Shown here piece by piece: positions 63,401-64,000 of a DNA stretch of 64,000 nucleotides. The stretch spans positions 2,108,001-2,172,000 of the forward strand of contig OZ024744.1 in assembly GCA_964016885.1 (NCBI GenBank). Direction: 5' to 3'. Position 1 is the first letter of the stretch, and each line of letters opens with the position of its first letter. Origin of the DNA: Eledone cirrhosa. Lineage: Eukaryota. The notes under the pieces were generated by a model. The model did no database searches and was not told the DNA's origin. It saw only the letters and a program-made list of their open reading frames with translations. The position numbers and the translations under genes are program-made.

Positions 63401-64000
63401 CTTCGTTCTTCACCAAGTCATCTTTCTCTACCTTGTCATCCCTCAAAACTTCGTTCTTCACCAATCTATCTTTCTCTACCTTGTCTTCCCCCAAAACTAC
63501 GTTCTTCACCAAGCTATCTTTCTCTAGCTTGTCTTCACACAAAACCTCGTTCTTCACCAAGCTATCTTTCTCTACCTTGTCTTCTCCCAAAACTTCGTTC
63601 TTCACCAAGCTATCTTTCTCTACCTTGTCTTCCCTCAGAACTTCGTTCTTCACCAAGCTATCTTTCTCTACCTTGTCCTCCCCCAAAACTTCGTTCTTCA
63701 CCAAGCTATCTTTCTCTACCTTGTCTTCCCCCAAAACTTCGTTCTTCGCAAGCTATCTTTCTCTACCTTGTTTTCCCCCAAAACTTCGTTGTTCACCAAG
63801 CTATCTTTCTCTACCTTGTCTTCCCCCAAAACTTCGTTCTTCACCAAGCTATCTTTCTCTACCTTGTCTTCCCCCAAAACTTCGTTCTTCACCAAGCTAT
63901 CTTTCTCTACCTTGTCCTCCCACAAAACTTCGTTCTTCACCAAGCTATCTTTCTCTACCTTGTCTTCCCCCAAAACTTCGTTCTTCACCAAGCTATCTTT
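57470..64000. repeat. Duplication at a ~4,024-bp offset (84 monomers minus 8 bp); second copy runs to near the window end
   Basis: ORF offsets 57489 to 61513, 58064 to 62088, 58878 to 62902, 59261 to 63285 and 59692 to 63716 are all 4,024. Each copy has its own 1-bp deletion (TTCCCAAG ~58525; CCAAACTT ~62871). Confidence 0.85.

Larger units (their letters stand above)
1..64000. repeat. 48-bp tandem satellite array, about 1,335 monomers, running off both window ends
   Basis: CACCAAGCTATCTTTCTCTACCTTGTCTTC(C/T)C(C/T/A)CAAAACTTCGTTCTT recurs every 48 bp (occasionally 47) from first to last base. All translations show a 16-aa period. Monomers usually differ from consensus by 0-3 bases. No inversions or foreign inserts seen. 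Confidence 0.99.

Noticed and set aside
97-63991. Minus-strand 60-440 aa KDSLVKNEVLGEDKVE ORFs as a tandem gene family or phase-variable antigen cassettes
   Set aside because: ORF limits are set only by 47-bp monomers and sporadic stops. There is no intergenic DNA, signal peptide, anchor or unique terminus. Kept only as a hypothesis about the origin of the monomer.
1-64000. CRISPR array or other repeat-spacer system (constant CACCAAGCTATCTTTCTCTACCTTGTC part plus more variable CCCCCAAAACTTCG part)
   Set aside because: The variable part differs only by 1-4 point changes from one consensus and is reused hundreds of times. There are no unique spacers, leader, palindromic repeat or cas genes.
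1-64000. Telomeric repeat (CCCCAAAA resembles ciliate C4A4) or strong G-quadruplex array
   Set aside because: CCCCCAAAA occurs once per 48 bp, is often mutated (CCCTC, CCCAC, CTCCC) and is not tandem. G-runs on the minus strand are ~43 nt apart, too far for a canonical G4.
1-64000. A single fixed-period higher-order repeat
   Set aside because: Periods vary from block to block (336 to 7,810 bp) and each holds for only 2-3 copies.
1-64000. Pure sequencing or assembly artefact (concatemer, collapsed or looped repeat)
   Set aside because: Variants are hierarchical and linked, with shared derived markers and copy-specific differences, as expected from real stepwise evolution. The copy number of the most identical blocks still needs read validation.
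1-64000. Variant order as an information-storing code, or diversity-generating retroelement/shufflon-like system
   Set aside because: The order of variants is explained by nested duplication and deletion. There is no reverse transcriptase, recombinase, inverted site or adenine-specific variation in the window.

Overview
The whole 64 kb window is one uninterrupted, head-to-tail, single-orientation array of a 48-bp satellite (about 1,335 monomers). The + strand consensus is CTACCTTGTCTTCCCCCAAAACTTCGTTCTTCACCAAGCTATCTTTCT (18 C, 18 T, 9 A, 3 G). I found no unique sequence, gene, RNA gene, transposon or CRISPR spacer. The very long ORFs in the track arise because the monomer length is a multiple of 3 and it has no stop codon in 4 of 6 frames. 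The real structure lies in the variant pattern: recurrent, linked SNP/1-bp-deletion monomer types form irregular, nested tandem duplications (periods about 336, 527, 1151, 1629, 1727, 2109, 2445, 2876, 4024, 4120, 4216/4407 and 7810 bp) instead of one fixed higher-order repeat, and the variant repertoire changes at about 9.3 kb. This looks like an actively expanding satellite, probably eukaryotic heterochromatic, centromeric or subtelomeric (inference; I do not recognise the family or species). One minus-strand frame reads as a protein-like 16-aa repeat (KDSLVKNEVLGEDKVE), which could hint at an origin in a coding repeat. I do not see sequence support for a new gene-based system. Block boundaries were read by eye and from ORF-track offsets and are good to about one or two monomers.
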